NCBI GenBank assembly: GCA_965208575.1
Contig: CBDBOV010000006.1
Location: 160,001 to 224,000 of the forward strand
DNA length: 64,000 bases
Source of the DNA: Spirochaetia bacterium
Lineage (GTDB): Bacteria > Spirochaetota > Spirochaetia > SZUA-6 > Bin103
Direction: 5' to 3'
Shown: piece by piece, positions 18,321 to 28,590 of the stretch
Numbering within the stretch: the first letter of the stretch is position 1
Layout of the letters: the number at the start of each line of letters is the position of its first letter
Notes under the pieces: model-generated
Told to the model about the DNA's origin: nothing
The model's database searches: none
Seen by the model: only the letters and a program-made list of their open reading frames with translations
Translations under genes and position numbers: made by a program

Positions 18321-20135
18321 ATGAATCTTGTCACATTCAGGACGTGCCTCGCCGTGCTGGCGAGCTTGGCCCTTGCCGCCACCGGCGCCTGGGCCAGTCC
18401 AGCCGCGGAAGAGGCACCGGCCGCCGCGATGGAAAAGGAGATGGTGCTTGACCCCACCACCGGCGAAATGGTGCTCGCACCTCAGTATGGCGGCACCATG
18501 ACCTTTGCCGTCCAGCGCGAACCTCCGTCGACGGATCCCCTGTTCGGCGGCGGGTCGTCACGGGGCGTCGATGGCGTTGCCGAGAAGCTGGGCATGGTCA
18601 ACTGGGGAGTCGACAGGGGCGTGTATGACCTCACCGGTGCTTTCTTTTACTTCCCTGATTCTGTCCTTACCGGTCGACTGGCGGAAAGCTGGGAAACGCC
18701 GGACCCAACGACCTTCGTCTTCCACATCCGCCCGGGCGTTCACTGGCACGATAAGGCACCAATGAATGGTCGCGAGCTAACGGCCCAGGATATCGAATAC
18801 AACTTTCACCGTGTATGGGGTTTGGGCAGCGGCTTCACCGCACCTCATGAGAGCTATTCCGGCTCACTCAACAGGATACCCGTGGAATCGGTAACGGCTA
18901 CCGATAGCAACACGGTTGCAATTAAGCTGAAGCAGCCACAGCTCGTAGCGTTGGGGACTATCCTCGTCGACCATGGTGCTTTTATTCTACCACCCGAGGT
19001 CATCCAGCAACACGGCGACCTCAAGGATTGGAGGAACCTGGTGGGCACCGGGCCCTTTATGCTGACGGACTGGGTCGACGGCAGCTCGACTACCTGGACC
19101 AGGAATCCGGACTACTGGGGCTTCGACGAGAAATTCCCGGAAAATCGCCTGCCCTATTTTGACGGGGTAAGAGCCCTGATCATGAAAGAACCCGCCACCA
19201 TTCTGGCGGCCCTGCGCTCGGCTCAGGTGGACTACGTGGGCTTTATTGGCGTCGCTGAGATGCTCTATACCGCCGACAAAGAGAGTATCGAGCGAACCAA
19301 CCCCGAAATCGTCTTCTACCCGTGGTCGGTTCGGTCGGAAAATTCGTTCGCTTTCAACATGAGCAAGGACACTCCGTTCTCGAAAGACGTCAGGGTGCGC
19401 CGAGCGATGCAGATGGCACTCGACCTCGAGGCGATGAACGACACCTACTTCAGGGGTACCGCCGAGTGGACACCTCGGGGCGTGCTCGGGGATGCCATCA
19501 TAGGGTATAACACCCCATTTGAAGAGTGGCCTGAAGAGGTCCGGAAGGGCTATACGTACGACCCGGAAGGGGCCGAGAAGCTCCTGGATGAGGCCGGATA
19601 TCCGCGCGGCGCCGACGGTATTCGAATCAAGGCTACCGAGCACCACTTCGAACATGCAGATTTCGACTATGCACAATTGGCTGCCTCCTACTGGAAGGCC
19701 ATTGGTGTTGATGTGGAGATCATCAAATCGGAAGCTGCTACTCATGGAGCTCGTCAACGCGAACATACCTACGGAGATATGATCGGTTGGATATCTGGCA
19801 TGGACTTTCTTGACCCTGTCGCAGCGCTTGGTTTGGCTTACTCGGAGGGCGGATTTAACCCATCAGGCTACAACGATCCGGAATATGACCGCCTGTATGA
19901 AGCCGCCCGAGACGCTGCCACCTTTGAGGAGCGGCAGAGGGCGGTTAAAGCGGCAGATATGTACTTCACAAAGAACCACATCTATGTATGGGGTCCTGAT
20001 GCTCCAAAGTTTAACGCGGTCCAGCCCTGGGTCAGAGGTTATGCGGGTGAACAATCGCTGGGGATGGATGACCGCATGGCCGTCTTATCCCGCCTCTGGT
20101 TTGACAACGAGTTGAAGGAGGAAATGGGGCGGTAG
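18321..20135 (+). CDS. ABC transporter substrate-binding protein, family 5 (cassette 2)
   Basis: Paralogue of 12804-14612 with the same signal peptide; AGGAG RBS. Confidence 0.93.
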   Translation: MNLVTFRTCLAVLASLALAATGAWASPAAEEAPAAAMEKEMVLDPTTGEMVLAPQYGGTMTFAVQREPPSTDPLFGGGSSRGVDGVAEKLGMVNWGVDRGVYDLTGAFFYFPDSVLTGRLAESWETPDPTTFVFHIRPGVHWHDKAPMNGRELTAQDIEYNFHRVWGLGSGFTAPHESYSGSLNRIPVESVTATDSNTVAIKLKQPQLVALGTILVDHGAFILPPEVIQQHGDLKDWRNLVGTGPFMLTDWVDGSSTTWTRNPDYWGFDEKFPENRLPYFDGVRALIMKEPATILAALRSAQVDYVGFIGVAEMLYTADKESIERTNPEIVFYPWSVRSENSFAFNMSKDTPFSKDVRVRRAMQMALDLEAMNDTYFRGTAEWTPRGVLGDAIIGYNTPFEEWPEEVRKGYTYDPEGAEKLLDEAGYPRGADGIRIKATEHHFEHADFDYAQLAASYWKAIGVDVEIIKSEAATHGARQREHTYGDMIGWISGMDFLDPVAALGLAYSEGGFNPSGYNDPEYDRLYEAARDAATFEERQRAVKAADMYFTKNHIYVWGPDAPKFNAVQPWVRGYAGEQSLGMDDRMAVLSRLWFDNELKEEMGR

Positions 20136-20241
20136 GGGCCTCGCCCCTGCACAGCTGACCGCAGGGAGAGCTGGGAGGCTCACGCTTGAGCGCCGCCGCT
20201 TCTGAGCGAACTTCCCGGCTCTCCTCGATGGGGTGCATCAC

Positions 20242-21198
20242 ATGAGAGCCTATGTTATCCGGCGGCTGCTGCTCATAATCCCTACCCTGTTCATACTGAG
20301 CGTCCTGGTCTTTCTCTCGGTCCGCTTCATCCCGGGCGACATAGTGGACATGATGGTGGCGTCCAATATGAACCTAATGTACGGCGTGGACCGGGAGGTT
20401 GTTCTGCGTGCGCTGGGATTGGATGTGCCGGTCCACGTGCAGTATGGCCGCTGGTTGCGGGGTATTCTCCTGCATGGCACCCTGGGCAATTCCCTGCTGG
20501 GCGCGTGGACGGTCGAGGAGAGGATCCTGGGGAGACTGCCGGTCACGCTCGAGATCGGCGTCTTGGCGATCGTCATCGGGCTAGTGATAGGGGTGCCGAT
20601 CGGCATCTACTCGGCGGTTCGCCAGGATACAGCCGCCGACTACGTGGGGCGCACGGTCGCCATCTTCGGCCTGGCAACACCGAACTTCTGGCTGGGCATT
20701 ATGGTGATGATCTACCCGGCCATCTGGTGGGGCTGGGCGCCGCCGATGCGGCTGGTTCCTGTCACCGAAGACCTGCTGGGAAATCTCGAGATTTTCATTA
20801 TTCCCAGCCTGATCCTGGGGACGGGCCTTTCGGCAGCCACCATGCGCATGACGCGCACCATGATGCTGGAGGTGCTCCGCCAGGACTATATCCGGACCGC
20901 TTGGTCCAAGGGACTGAGGGAGCGGGTCGTCGTCGTACGGCACGCCATCAAGAATGCCCTGATTCCGGTAGTGACCCTGATTGGCCTGCAGTTGCCCATC
21001 GTGGTAGGTGGCGCCGTGATAATGGAGAACATCTTCAACCTGCCGGGCCTGGGGCGCCTGATGCTGACGGCACTCTCCGACCGCGACTACCCGGTGGTGT
21101 CGGGCATCAACCTGTTCTTCGCCACGGTGGTGGTCGCGATCAATCTGATGATCGACTTGATCTACGGCTACCTGGACCCGCGGGTCCGCTACACCTAG
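20242..21198 (+). CDS. ABC permease, DppB/OppB-like
   Basis: Close paralogue of 14720-15676. Confidence 0.93.
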   Translation: MRAYVIRRLLLIIPTLFILSVLVFLSVRFIPGDIVDMMVASNMNLMYGVDREVVLRALGLDVPVHVQYGRWLRGILLHGTLGNSLLGAWTVEERILGRLPVTLEIGVLAIVIGLVIGVPIGIYSAVRQDTAADYVGRTVAIFGLATPNFWLGIMVMIYPAIWWGWAPPMRLVPVTEDLLGNLEIFIIPSLILGTGLSAATMRMTRTMMLEVLRQDYIRTAWSKGLRERVVVVRHAIKNALIPVVTLIGLQLPIVVGGAVIMENIFNLPGLGRLMLTALSDRDYPVVSGINLFFATVVVAINLMIDLIYGYLDPRVRYT

Positions 21199-21204
21199 CC
21201 AGGT

Positions 21205-22212
21205 ATGGCGACCGAGCGAATGGGCGACCGGCATGTCGGGGACGCCGCCCAAACACCAGCAGCGGCCGGCGGACCGCGCGAGCGGGGCGGAGGTTCCGGA
21301 CTGGCTCACTTCCTGGTCCGGCTGGGGCGCGAGAAGCCGCTTGGAGCCGTCGGCGGCGTAGTCGTGCTGGCCCTGATCCTGGTGGCGATCTTCGCCGACG
21401 TGCTGGCCCCCTATCCGTTCGATGAAGTGAACCTGAGGGACCTGCTCAAGCCGCCGTCGGCCGAACACCTGATGGGTACCGACCAGTTGGGGCGCGACTA
21501 CTTGAGCCGCAACATCCACGGGGCTCGTATCTCCATGTTCGTTGGTCTGCTGGCGACCAGCCTCAACGTCGTCGTTGCCGTCTTGATCGGCGGAACGGCC
21601 GGGTTCTTCGGCGGCAAGCTGGACTTGGTGGTGCAGCGGGTCGTCGACGCCTGGATGGCCTTTCCGGGGCTGCTGCTGTTGCTGACGATCATGTCGCTGG
21701 TCGGACAGGGCCTGCTGCAACTGATCCTGGTGCTGGGCGTCTCGGGCGGCGTGGTGGCCTCGCGGCTGGTCCGAGGTGCGGTGATCGCGGTCAAGGAGAA
21801 CGACTACCTGCAGGCGGCCACCGCCACCGGCAGCACCCGGATGGGAGCGCTGGTACGCCACGTGCTGCCCAACGTGGCGGCGCCGATCATCGTCGTGTTC
21901 AGCATCAACATCGGCGCGGTGATCATCAGCGAGGCCAGCTTGAGCTTCCTCGGATTCGGTCTGCCGGTTGAGATTCCGAGCTGGGGAACGCTGCTGAGCC
22001 GGGACGGGCGCAAGTACATGGAGCAGGCGCCGTGGCTGGCGCTGTGGCCCGGTCTGTGCCTGACCCTCACCGTCTACAGCCTCAACATGTTCGGCGACGC
22101 CGTCCGCGACCTGCTCGACCCGCGCCTGCGGGGCGGCGGCGGCGGACGCCTCGGAACCCACCACGGCCGGCGGGCACGGCCCAAGCCCAGTCGCAGCCGC
22201 TCGCGCCGGTGA
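21205..22212 (+). CDS. ABC permease, DppC/OppC-like
   Basis: Close paralogue of 15696-16616. Confidence 0.93.
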   Translation: MATERMGDRHVGDAAQTPAAAGGPRERGGGSGLAHFLVRLGREKPLGAVGGVVVLALILVAIFADVLAPYPFDEVNLRDLLKPPSAEHLMGTDQLGRDYLSRNIHGARISMFVGLLATSLNVVVAVLIGGTAGFFGGKLDLVVQRVVDAWMAFPGLLLLLTIMSLVGQGLLQLILVLGVSGGVVASRLVRGAVIAVKENDYLQAATATGSTRMGALVRHVLPNVAAPIIVVFSINIGAVIISEASLSFLGFGLPVEIPSWGTLLSRDGRKYMEQAPWLALWPGLCLTLTVYSLNMFGDAVRDLLDPRLRGGGGGRLGTHHGRRARPKPSRSRSRR

Positions 22213-22280
22213 GCACACGTGGCCGGTCCCGGCACATCTCGGTGTTGGTGCAAGCGGGCTTGAATGCTACTCTTCTATTC

Positions 22281-22520
22281 ATGAACCCCAGGCAGTTGCT
22301 CGCCGAGGCACTCCAGCTCTCCGCCGAGGAACGTGGCGCGCTTGCCGGGCAGTTGATCGAGAGCCTCGACCAACCGATCGACGAAGACGTCGAAGCGGCG
22401 TGGTCGGTCGAGATTCAGCGGCGCCTGCACCGGCTGGATGACGGGACAGCCAAGACCGTCCCCTGGGCGGAGGCGCGTCGCCGGATTCTTGCCGCCGCTG
22501 ATCGTGACACGGGAACTTGA
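22281..22520 (+). CDS. Addiction-module antitoxin (TIGR02574-like)
   Basis: ALQLSAEERGALAGQLIESLD..EAAWSVEIQRR..VPWAE; overlaps toxin start. Confidence 0.88.
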   Translation: MNPRQLLAEALQLSAEERGALAGQLIESLDQPIDEDVEAAWSVEIQRRLHRLDDGTAKTVPWAEARRRILAAADRDTGT

Positions 22521-22815
22521 GTATCTCGACGACGCTCTGGTCGAGGCCGAGGAAGCTGCCCGCTGGTATGCCCAGCGCAGTCCTACCGCGGCGACTGGCT
22601 TCGCATTCGAGCTTGAAGCCGCGGCACAGGCGATCACGGATACACCGAACACTTGGCCCGCCTACGATCATGGCACCCGGCGCTTCCTGCTCCGTCGCTA
22701 TCCCTATAGCCTCATCTATCGTGTCGAGCTTACTCGACTGGTAATCGTGGCTGTGGCTCACGCCCGCCGTCGCCCCGGATATTGGAGGCAACGCTTGGCG
22801 GAGCATGGGAAATAG
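22504..22815 (+). CDS. RelE/ParE family toxin
   Basis: EAARWY..RRFLLRRYPYSLIYR..IVAVAHARRRPGYW. Confidence 0.9.
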   Translation: MTRELEYLDDALVEAEEAARWYAQRSPTAATGFAFELEAAAQAITDTPNTWPAYDHGTRRFLLRRYPYSLIYRVELTRLVIVAVAHARRRPGYWRQRLAEHGK

Positions 22816-22871
22816 CCCGCCAGCCACAGCCCGGAGTTGCCAACATGGATGACCAGATCCATCGGGGCGTT

Positions 22872-23989
22872 GCTCGAACGCTCGGTTGACAGGCTGCGGC
22901 GGGCGGTGTACCGTGATCATTCAGGGTTCGGACTCGTGCGGACGATGCGTAACCATAGCACTCAGCACTGCTACCGACGAAAAGTACCCGCAAAACCGCT
23001 TACCTTACATCGACAAGTTAGTAGGCCTTTTCATCAACGAGGAAGCCACCTACATCGCGGGGCTGCGCGCCGGCAAGATCGATTTCCTGGGATTCACCGC
23101 TGGTATCTCGGACATCACGTCGGTCGATATAGTGGACAACTTGAGACGCACCGATCCCGACATCCAGCTCTTTCCGTGGTAGGGTCGTGCGGAAACCGCT
23201 TACGCCCTGCCGCTTGACCAGCCGCCATTTGACGACATCAGGGTGCGCAGGGCGATGCAGCTGGCGTTGGACCTGAAGACCATCAACGATACCCACTACA
23301 AGGGAACTGCGCTGTGGAAACCTCAGGGAATCGTGGGAGAAGCGTTCACCGGGTACTACACGCCGTTCGACGAGTGGCCCGCCGAGGTCAAAGCAGGCTA
23401 TGCCTATGATCCGGACCAGGCGCGGCAGCTCCTGGCGGAAGCCGGCTATCCTGATGGCTTCGAGACGACGGTGATCCACTTCGGTGAGTTCGATCTAGGC
23501 TACACGGAAATAGCCGCTGCATACTGGAAGGAAATTGGCGTAGACGCTGAGATTCGGAACTTGGACCGGCCTCAGTATGTCCCTGAGGTAATAACGGAGG
23601 GTACCGCAGAAGGCATCCCCATGACACTTCAAGGCTTCAACATGGCTCAGGGTCCTGTAGCAGTTGTCCGCTGGCGCACTCACTCGGCGTCAATGACGCC
23701 GGCGTGCTGCAACATGGCCAGGGTGAACGACCCTGAGTTGGACGCCATGATTGAAGCGGCTGAATCCACTCCCTCGATCGCAGAGCAGCAGAGGCTGGTG
23801 AGGGAGGTAGACATGCGCCTGATAGAGCAGCAAAATTATGTATGGGGTCCGAAACCTGGCAAGTACATGGCGGCCCAGCCGTGGGTCAAAGGGTATAACG
23901 GAGAAGTCCACTTCGGGCCCCAGAACCGGCATCCGATCTTTGCCCGGATCTGGATTGATCAAGCCCTGAAGCAGGAGATGGGATTCTGA
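22872..23989 (+). pseudogene. First ~100 bp of the conserved leader fused to a 5'-deleted SBP with an in-frame TAG (cassette 3)
   Basis: Leader ends GCTACC (22975) and joins DEKYPQNRLPY; TAG at 23180-23182 where the paralogue has TCG. Confidence 0.85.
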
Positions 23990-24075
23990 GGAAACCGGGC
24001 TCCACGACATGACGGTGGGACGGTGGCGGAGGGCTGCCGTCCCAGCCAAGACCAAGAAACGATGAGGTGTGGGAC

Positions 24076-25032
24076 ATGAGCGCGTATATCACCAGGAGGA
24101 TACTGCTCATGATCCCCACATTGTTCATCGTGACGATCCTCGTCTTTCTCTCCGTACGCTTCATCCCGGGCGACATCATCGACACCATGATTGGAGATCT
24201 GGAATATGCGGGTCCGCCCATCGACCGTGAAGCGCTCGAACGCAGGCTGGGATTGGACGTGCCGGTCTACGTGCAGTATGGCCGCTGGGTGGGCGGCATC
24301 GTTGTGCGCGGCACGCTGGGTGACTCGCTGCTCGGCGGTATCACCATAGAGGAGAAGATACTCGCCAGATTGCCCGTCACCCTTGAGCTTGGCGCCCTGG
24401 CACTCGGAATCGGGTTCCTGATCGCACTGCCGGTCGGCATCTACTCGGCGATTCGCCAGCAAACGGCCACCGACTACGTGGGACGCTCCTTCGCCATCAT
24501 CGGCCTGGCAACGCCCAACTTCTGGCTCGGACTCATGGTGGTGGTCTTTCCCGCAATCTGGTGGGCGTGGTCGCCACCGATGCAACTCATCCGGTTCCGC
24601 GAAGACCCGCTCGGGAATCTGGGGATGTTCCTCATTCCCAGCCTGATTCTGGGAACGGCCTCTTCGGCCGCGACGATGCGGATGACGCGCACCATGATGC
24701 TGGAGGTGCTGCGTCAGGACTATATCCGGACGGCCTGGTCCAAGGGGCTGCGGGAGAGAGTGGTCGTGGTGCGACATGCCACCAGGAACGCGCTCATCCC
24801 GGTGGTCAGCCTGATCGGGCTGCAATTGCCGATCCTGGTAGGCGGCTCCGTCATCATGGAGAACATCTTCAACCTGCCGGGGCTGGGCGGTCTGATGCTG
24901 GATGCGCTGGAAATCAGAGACTATCCGCTGGTCTCGGGAATCAACCTCCTGTTCGCCACCGGGGTCGTGCTGATCAATCTGGTGATCGACCTGCTCTACG
25001 CCTACCTGGATCCCAGGGTGCGACATGGCTAG
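24076..25032 (+). CDS. ABC permease, DppB/OppB-like
   Basis: Paralogue of the above; GAGG RBS. Confidence 0.92.
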   Translation: MSAYITRRILLMIPTLFIVTILVFLSVRFIPGDIIDTMIGDLEYAGPPIDREALERRLGLDVPVYVQYGRWVGGIVVRGTLGDSLLGGITIEEKILARLPVTLELGALALGIGFLIALPVGIYSAIRQQTATDYVGRSFAIIGLATPNFWLGLMVVVFPAIWWAWSPPMQLIRFREDPLGNLGMFLIPSLILGTASSAATMRMTRTMMLEVLRQDYIRTAWSKGLRERVVVVRHATRNALIPVVSLIGLQLPILVGGSVIMENIFNLPGLGGLMLDALEIRDYPLVSGINLLFATGVVLINLVIDLLYAYLDPRVRHG

Positions 25033-25909
25033 GAGATTGTTCCGCGAGCAGCCACTCGGCGCGTGCGGTGCCATCGTCATCCTGCTGTTGGTCGTAGTCA
25101 GCGTCTTCGCCGGTGTCTTCGCTCCCTACGAGCCCGACGCAATGCACCTGGTGGACCGGCTGCAAGGTCCGTCGGTCACGTATCTCCTGGGTACCGACCA
25201 CCTGGGGCGAGACTCCCTGAGCCGCCTTATCCATGGCGCTCGGGTCTCGTTGACCGTGGGTTTGGCCGCGACCACGGTCAACGTCGTGGTCGCCGTCCTG
25301 ATCGGCGGTACGTCGGGATTCTTCGGCGGCAGGGTGGACCTGGCTACGCAAAGATTCGTGGATGCCTGGATGGCGTTTCCCGGACTGCTGCTGTTGTTGA
25401 CCGTAATGTCCCTGGTGGGGCGCGGTATGCCACAGATCATCCTGGTCCTGGGGATAGCGGGCGGCGTCAGCGGCTCGAGAATAGCCAGGGGCGCCGTGAT
25501 CGGCATCAAGGAGAACGACTACTTTCGGGCGGCGCAGGCGGTCGGCACGTCCACCCCCAGAACGGTGCTGCGGCACGTGCTGCCCAACATCATGGCGCCC
25601 ATGATCGTCGTGTTCTCGGTAAACGTCGGCGCCAACATCCTGTCGGCGGCCGCGCTGAGCTTCCTCGGCTACGGTCTGCCGCCCGGCACTCCCGACTGGG
25701 GCGCCATGCTGAGCTGGGAGGGGCGCAAGTACATGGAGGTGGCGCCCTGGCTGGCGCTCTGGCCCGGCCTCTGCCTGACGGTCGTGGTGTACAGCCTGAA
25801 CATGCTCGGCGACGCGCTCAGGGACCTGCTCGATCCGAGGTTGCGCGGCGCCACCACGCTCCGGGGCCGCGGCGGTGGTCTCGGCGCCGAGCGTGCCGCG
25901 GCGGTGTGA
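25025..25909 (+). CDS. ABC permease, DppC/OppC-like
   Basis: LLGTDHLGRD..GARVSL; HVLPN; GDALRDLLDPR. Confidence 0.92.
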   Translation: MARRLFREQPLGACGAIVILLLVVVSVFAGVFAPYEPDAMHLVDRLQGPSVTYLLGTDHLGRDSLSRLIHGARVSLTVGLAATTVNVVVAVLIGGTSGFFGGRVDLATQRFVDAWMAFPGLLLLLTVMSLVGRGMPQIILVLGIAGGVSGSRIARGAVIGIKENDYFRAAQAVGTSTPRTVLRHVLPNIMAPMIVVFSVNVGANILSAAALSFLGYGLPPGTPDWGAMLSWEGRKYMEVAPWLALWPGLCLTVVVYSLNMLGDALRDLLDPRLRGATTLRGRGGGLGAERAAAV

Positions 25910-26014
25910 CGACGCGAGCCACCGGCGCCTCGCCGGCGCCCCGGTGTCCGCTCAGCCCGAGGCGCAGCGCGGTGTCGGCGGCGATGGAAGATCTGCCGCC
26001 ACCCGACTGATCCT

Positions 26015-26243
26015 GTCATGCTGATGGGCCTGAAGGCGCGGCGGCGAGCGCGGCCTCGATCGCTGCCTGCATCGCGGCGACTTCAACGTCTTCCAACTCG
26101 GCGAACAGGCGCCGCTTGGTCGCGGACAGCCGGCCGCGACGTAGCTCTCCACTGCCGGCGGCGGGACCGCCAACTTCAGTTCACGCCTGAGCCAAGTGTG
26201 GCCGATACGGTTGCTGCCCTCGTTGCTGACGGGAATAGTCATG
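26015..26243 (-). pseudogene. Collapsed gene remnant (N- and C-termini only), probably Fic family
   Basis: N-term MTIPVSNEGSNRIGHTWLRRELKLAVPPPAVESYV matches the 28354 remnant; shared upstream sequence. Confidence 0.55.
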
Positions 26244-26401
26244 CAGAATCGGTTCCGCTCCTTCCAAAGAGTTTAGAAAAGGCTATCTTCATTCAAATGC
26301 GATTACAATACGTCGATTCACGGTCAACCGATCGCCCATCGTGCCATCGCACGCTTGAGCAGGTACGTCGGGATTCTTCGACGGCAGGGACCCACCCGTA
26401 T

Positions 26402-26496
26402 GCTACGAAAGCCTCATACCAGGTCTTGATCTCCCCGACCCGAGAGACCGCCACCTCTGGTTCGACCACGATCTGATGCAAGAAATGGGTCAGTAG
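26402..26496 (+). pseudogene. Chimeric scar: PIN-gene fragment fused to an SBP 3' end (cassette 4)
   Basis: GCTACGAAAGCCTCATACCAGG..GAGACCGCCAC matches 11817-11868, then LWFDHDLMQEMGQ*. Confidence 0.75.
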
Positions 26497-26607
26497 GGGC
26501 TTTTTCTTCGCAGGTTGCCGCAGGGAGAGCGGAGAGGCTTCGCCGTTGTGCGTCGCCGCTCGGCTCTCCCGTCCTTTGCGATGGAATCGCTGCGCCTTCG
26601 ACTGCCT

Positions 26608-27289
26608 ATGCGAGCCTATGTTGTCCGGCGGTTGCTGCTCATCATCCCTACGCTCGTCATATTGAGCATTCTGGTCTTCCTCTCGGCCCGCTTCATCCCG
26701 GGCGACGTAATAGACCAGATGGTGGCGACCGACAATTCCCTGTTCGGCCTGGACCGCGAGGCGCTGCTGCACGAGCTGGGGTTGGACGTGCCGGTCCACG
26801 TGCAGTATGGCCGCTGGTTGGAGGGCATTGTCCTGCGCGGCACCCTCGGCGACTCCCTGCTGGGGAAATGGTCGGTCGAGGAAAAGATCGTCGGCAGGTT
26901 CCCGGTCACGCTCGAGCTCGGCTTCCTGGCGCTGGTGATCGGGCTGGTGCTGGGCGTGCCGATCGGCATCTGGTCGGCGATTCGCCAGGATACCACCGTC
27001 GACTACGCGGGCCGTCCGGTCGCCATCCTCGGCCTGGCCACGCCCAACTTCTGGCTCGGCATCATGGTCATGACCTATCCGGGACGGGCGCAAGTACATG
27101 GAGCAGGCGCCGTGGCTGGCGCTGTGGCCCGGCCTGTGCCTGACCCTGACCGTCTACAGCCTCAACATGTTCGGCGACGCCGTCCGCGACCTGCTCGACC
27201 CGCGCCTGCGGGGCGGCGGCGGCCGTCTCGGCACCCACCGCGGCCGCGCGCCGCAAACCCGGTCCGGCCGCCGCCGCTCGCGTCGGTGA
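26608..27289 (+). pseudogene. DppB 5' half fused out of frame to DppC 3' end
   Basis: ..MVMTYP joined to GRKYMEQAPW at ~27080 through shared CCGG. Confidence 0.88.
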
Positions 27290-27501
27290 GCACACGTGGC
27301 CGGTCCCGACGCTGACCGGGAGTCGACCGGGGCTCATGGCGTATGGCGTCACGGGCGCGCGACTGCCATCGAGAACGGTGCCGTAGTCACCGGTAGAGGA
27401 CTTGACCAGTATGAACCGGTACGATGTGGACGGTGTAGACAGGACCTTTCTTCAGGTGCTACTTTTGGGTCTGTTGAGAAGTGCCACAAGGAGTCGCAGA
27501 C

Positions 27502-27771
27502 ATGGGCGTCAAGTTCTCGGAGGATGTCGTACCCCTTACCGACTTGAAGGTGAATCCGGGGCGGGTTGTCAGGCATGCGTCGGAAGCTCACCGGCCGGTG
27601 TTGCTGACCAGCCGGGGCCGCGGCGTCGCGGTTGTCCAGTCGGTGAGCGACTTCGAGGCAGCCGAGGATGAGCGGGAGTTCATGCGGGCGGTGGTCGCCG
27701 GACTTGCGGACCTGGAGGCCGGGCGAGAGCTGTCGCTGGCCGAGGTGAAGGAGCGACTCCGGCTCCGATAG
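27502..27771 (+). CDS. Phd/YefM family antitoxin
   Basis: EDVVPLTDLK..RPVLLTSRGRGVAVVQS; AAGGAG RBS. Confidence 0.9.
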   Translation: MGVKFSEDVVPLTDLKVNPGRVVRHASEAHRPVLLTSRGRGVAVVQSVSDFEAAEDEREFMRAVVAGLADLEAGRELSLAEVKERLRLR

Positions 27772-27775
27772 ACGA

Positions 27776-28081
27776 GTGCTCTCCATTCTCTTTTCCGAAT
27801 CCGCCGTCTCGGACCTGGAGGAGCTCGTGGGCTGGTACGAGAGCCAGGGTGTCCCGGACGTCGGGAGCCGGATCGCAGCGGAGATAGTGGCTCGGATCGA
27901 ATCGCTTGGCGATCTTCCCGACAGTGGACGGATCGTGCCGGAGTTCAATCAGCCCGCCATACGGGAACTCATCCACCCACCATTTCGCATTGTCTATCGC
28001 CGGGGCGCGGCCCACGTCCAGGTGGTTCGCGTATGGCGTAGCGAGCGGTTGCTCAAGCTGCCGGAGGAAGATTACCGCTGA
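27776..28081 (+). CDS. RelE/ParE family toxin
   Basis: FSESAVSDLEEL..PDSGRIVPEF..IRELIHPPFRIVYR..VWRSER. Confidence 0.9.
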   Translation: MLSILFSESAVSDLEELVGWYESQGVPDVGSRIAAEIVARIESLGDLPDSGRIVPEFNQPAIRELIHPPFRIVYRRGAAHVQVVRVWRSERLLKLPEEDYR

Positions 28082-28094
28082 TGGATAGCGTAGG

Positions 28095-28354
28095 GCGCCC
28101 TTGTCGCTCGGATCGAAATCGCCCCCCTGCCTGAGCGCCGCGACGAATCGCTCGGTGTGGGCGGTACTCGGGATCTCACCCTCGAGGGCGAACGAGGAAC
28201 GGGTCTCTTTCGTAAACAGATAGTGGACGGCGCGCCGCGCCCCTGCCACGACGTAGCTCTCGACCGCCGGCGCCGGGGTCGCCAAGTTCAGCTCACGTCT
28301 GAGCCAGGCGTGGCCGGTCGGGTTGCCGCCCTGGTTGCTGAAGGGAAAAGCCAT
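28095..28354 (-). pseudogene. Second collapsed Fic-like remnant
   Basis: RAVHYLFTKETRSSFALEGE..ERFVAAL segment resembles Fic proteins; internal deletion after VAGARR. Confidence 0.6.
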
Positions 28355-28590
28355 GCAGAATCGGTTCCGCTCCTTTCAAAGAGTAGGAGCGCGTGCGGCG
28401 GGTGATCGAACCGATGCCGAGCGGCACTCACCGGGACGCCTTCACGGACCGCGATATCGGGCACGCGCGCGCGACTGCCATCGAGTACGGGCCCCCTGGG
28501 TCACCATGCACGTGGCTGGCAATGCTGGCAAAGCGAGTGATGGACGGCGCCGCCGATTCCAGGTACGGTAGAAGGCGAGTAGCCTGAGTC

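Noticed and set aside
23180-23182. In-frame TAG as possible pyrrolysine or readthrough codon
   Set aside because: Gene is already 5'-deleted, the paralogue has TCG, and TAG is used as a normal stop throughout
9873-28100. Classical integron cassette array
   Set aside because: No IntI and no recognisable attC (RYYYAAC..GTTRRRY) sites between units
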